Shown here: piece by piece, positions 56,283 to 56,592 of the stretch
Layout: the number at the start of each line of letters is the position of its first letter
How positions within the stretch are numbered: the first letter of the stretch is position 1
Origin: a virus
Lineage: Duplodnaviria; Caudoviricetes
Length of the DNA stretch: 56,592 nucleotides
Virus record (IMG/VR): IMGVR_UViG_3300037722_000781
Coordinates: 1-56,592 of that record
Direction: 5' to 3' (one strand)
Notes under the pieces: generated by a model
What the model was told of the DNA's origin: nothing
Seen by the model: only the letters and a program-made list of their open reading frames with translations
The model's database searches: none
Program-made: the position numbers and the translations under genes

Positions 56283-56592
56283 ATGGACCTAGGCCAAGAA
56301 TGGGACGGCGTGCGGTGCTGGCTAGCCAACAACGGCTTTGCGGCGGCAGCGGAGCGACTTAAGCAGATTGCCAAAACCGGGACGCCAGAAGATGTTCTGC
56401 GCCGGCTTCAAGCCCAAGCCGCCCAAACTGCCGCATTCATGAGCCACCGGCCGGCCCCATTCCAGGGTCCGCCCCCGCCGCCAGCACGCGGCTTTTCGCT
56501 CAAAAAGAGGCTGGCCAAGGAACGCGAGAAACGCTTCCGCTGCGGTTGGGATGAAGCCAGCCCGTTCCTTACGCCAAAGATGCTGCAGGCGT
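56283..56592 (+). CDS. Hypothetical protein, runs off the right edge
   Basis: AGGA RBS; MDLGQEWDGVRCWLANNG... open to window end. Confidence 0.5.
   Translation, partial: MDLGQEWDGVRCWLANNGFAAAAERLKQIAKTGTPEDVLRRLQAQAAQTAAFMSHRPAPFQGPPPPPARGFSLKKRLAKEREKRFRCGWDEASPFLTPKMLQA

Larger units (their letters stand above)
1..56592. mobile_element. Temperate P22-like podophage genome (near-complete, attP form)
   Basis: TerL, P22-type portal/scaffold/coat/gp4/gp10/ejection genes, cI/cro switch, integrase with half-tRNA attP flanked by phage genes; no host housekeeping genes. Confidence 0.95.

Overview
The window is most of the genome of a GC-rich temperate podovirus with P22/lambdoid architecture, probably of an Alphaproteobacterial host (inferred from GcrA-like, NusG-like and 8/4 tRNA-Ser features). 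It is in the excised attP configuration: a tyrosine integrase (50344-51291) is followed by a 3' half-tRNA-Val(CAC) core with phage genes on both sides. A cro/cI switch at about 40.3-41.1 kb drives a leftward (- strand) operon (CII-like, beta-clamp-like, VRR-NUC, HNH, DNA methylase, NusG-like antiterminator) and a rightward (+ strand) operon (SSB-like, xis, int). A late promoter near 30.6 kb precedes about 30 kb of - strand virion genes: extra fibre-like genes, TerS/TerL, portal, scaffold, P22-type coat, two glycosyltransferase-like genes, adaptor, tail hub, ejection proteins, tail fibre and a truncated cadherin-repeat protein. The right end has a tRNA cluster with non-canonical tRNAs. The most unusual signals are: (i) two tRNA-like ncRNAs, each with its own predicted promoter and terminator and a shared 17-nt 3' segment; (ii) no recognisable replication initiator, with a structured non-coding locus and a short antisense RNA where it should be; (iii) a [DEN]NAL motif shared by putative ejected proteins, including one displaced about 18 kb; (iv) a candidate virion-glycosylation module; (v) cassette-like repeats between genes downstream of attP. 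No endolysin was recognised; it may lie outside the window. All family calls are from motif recognition by eye, not database searches.
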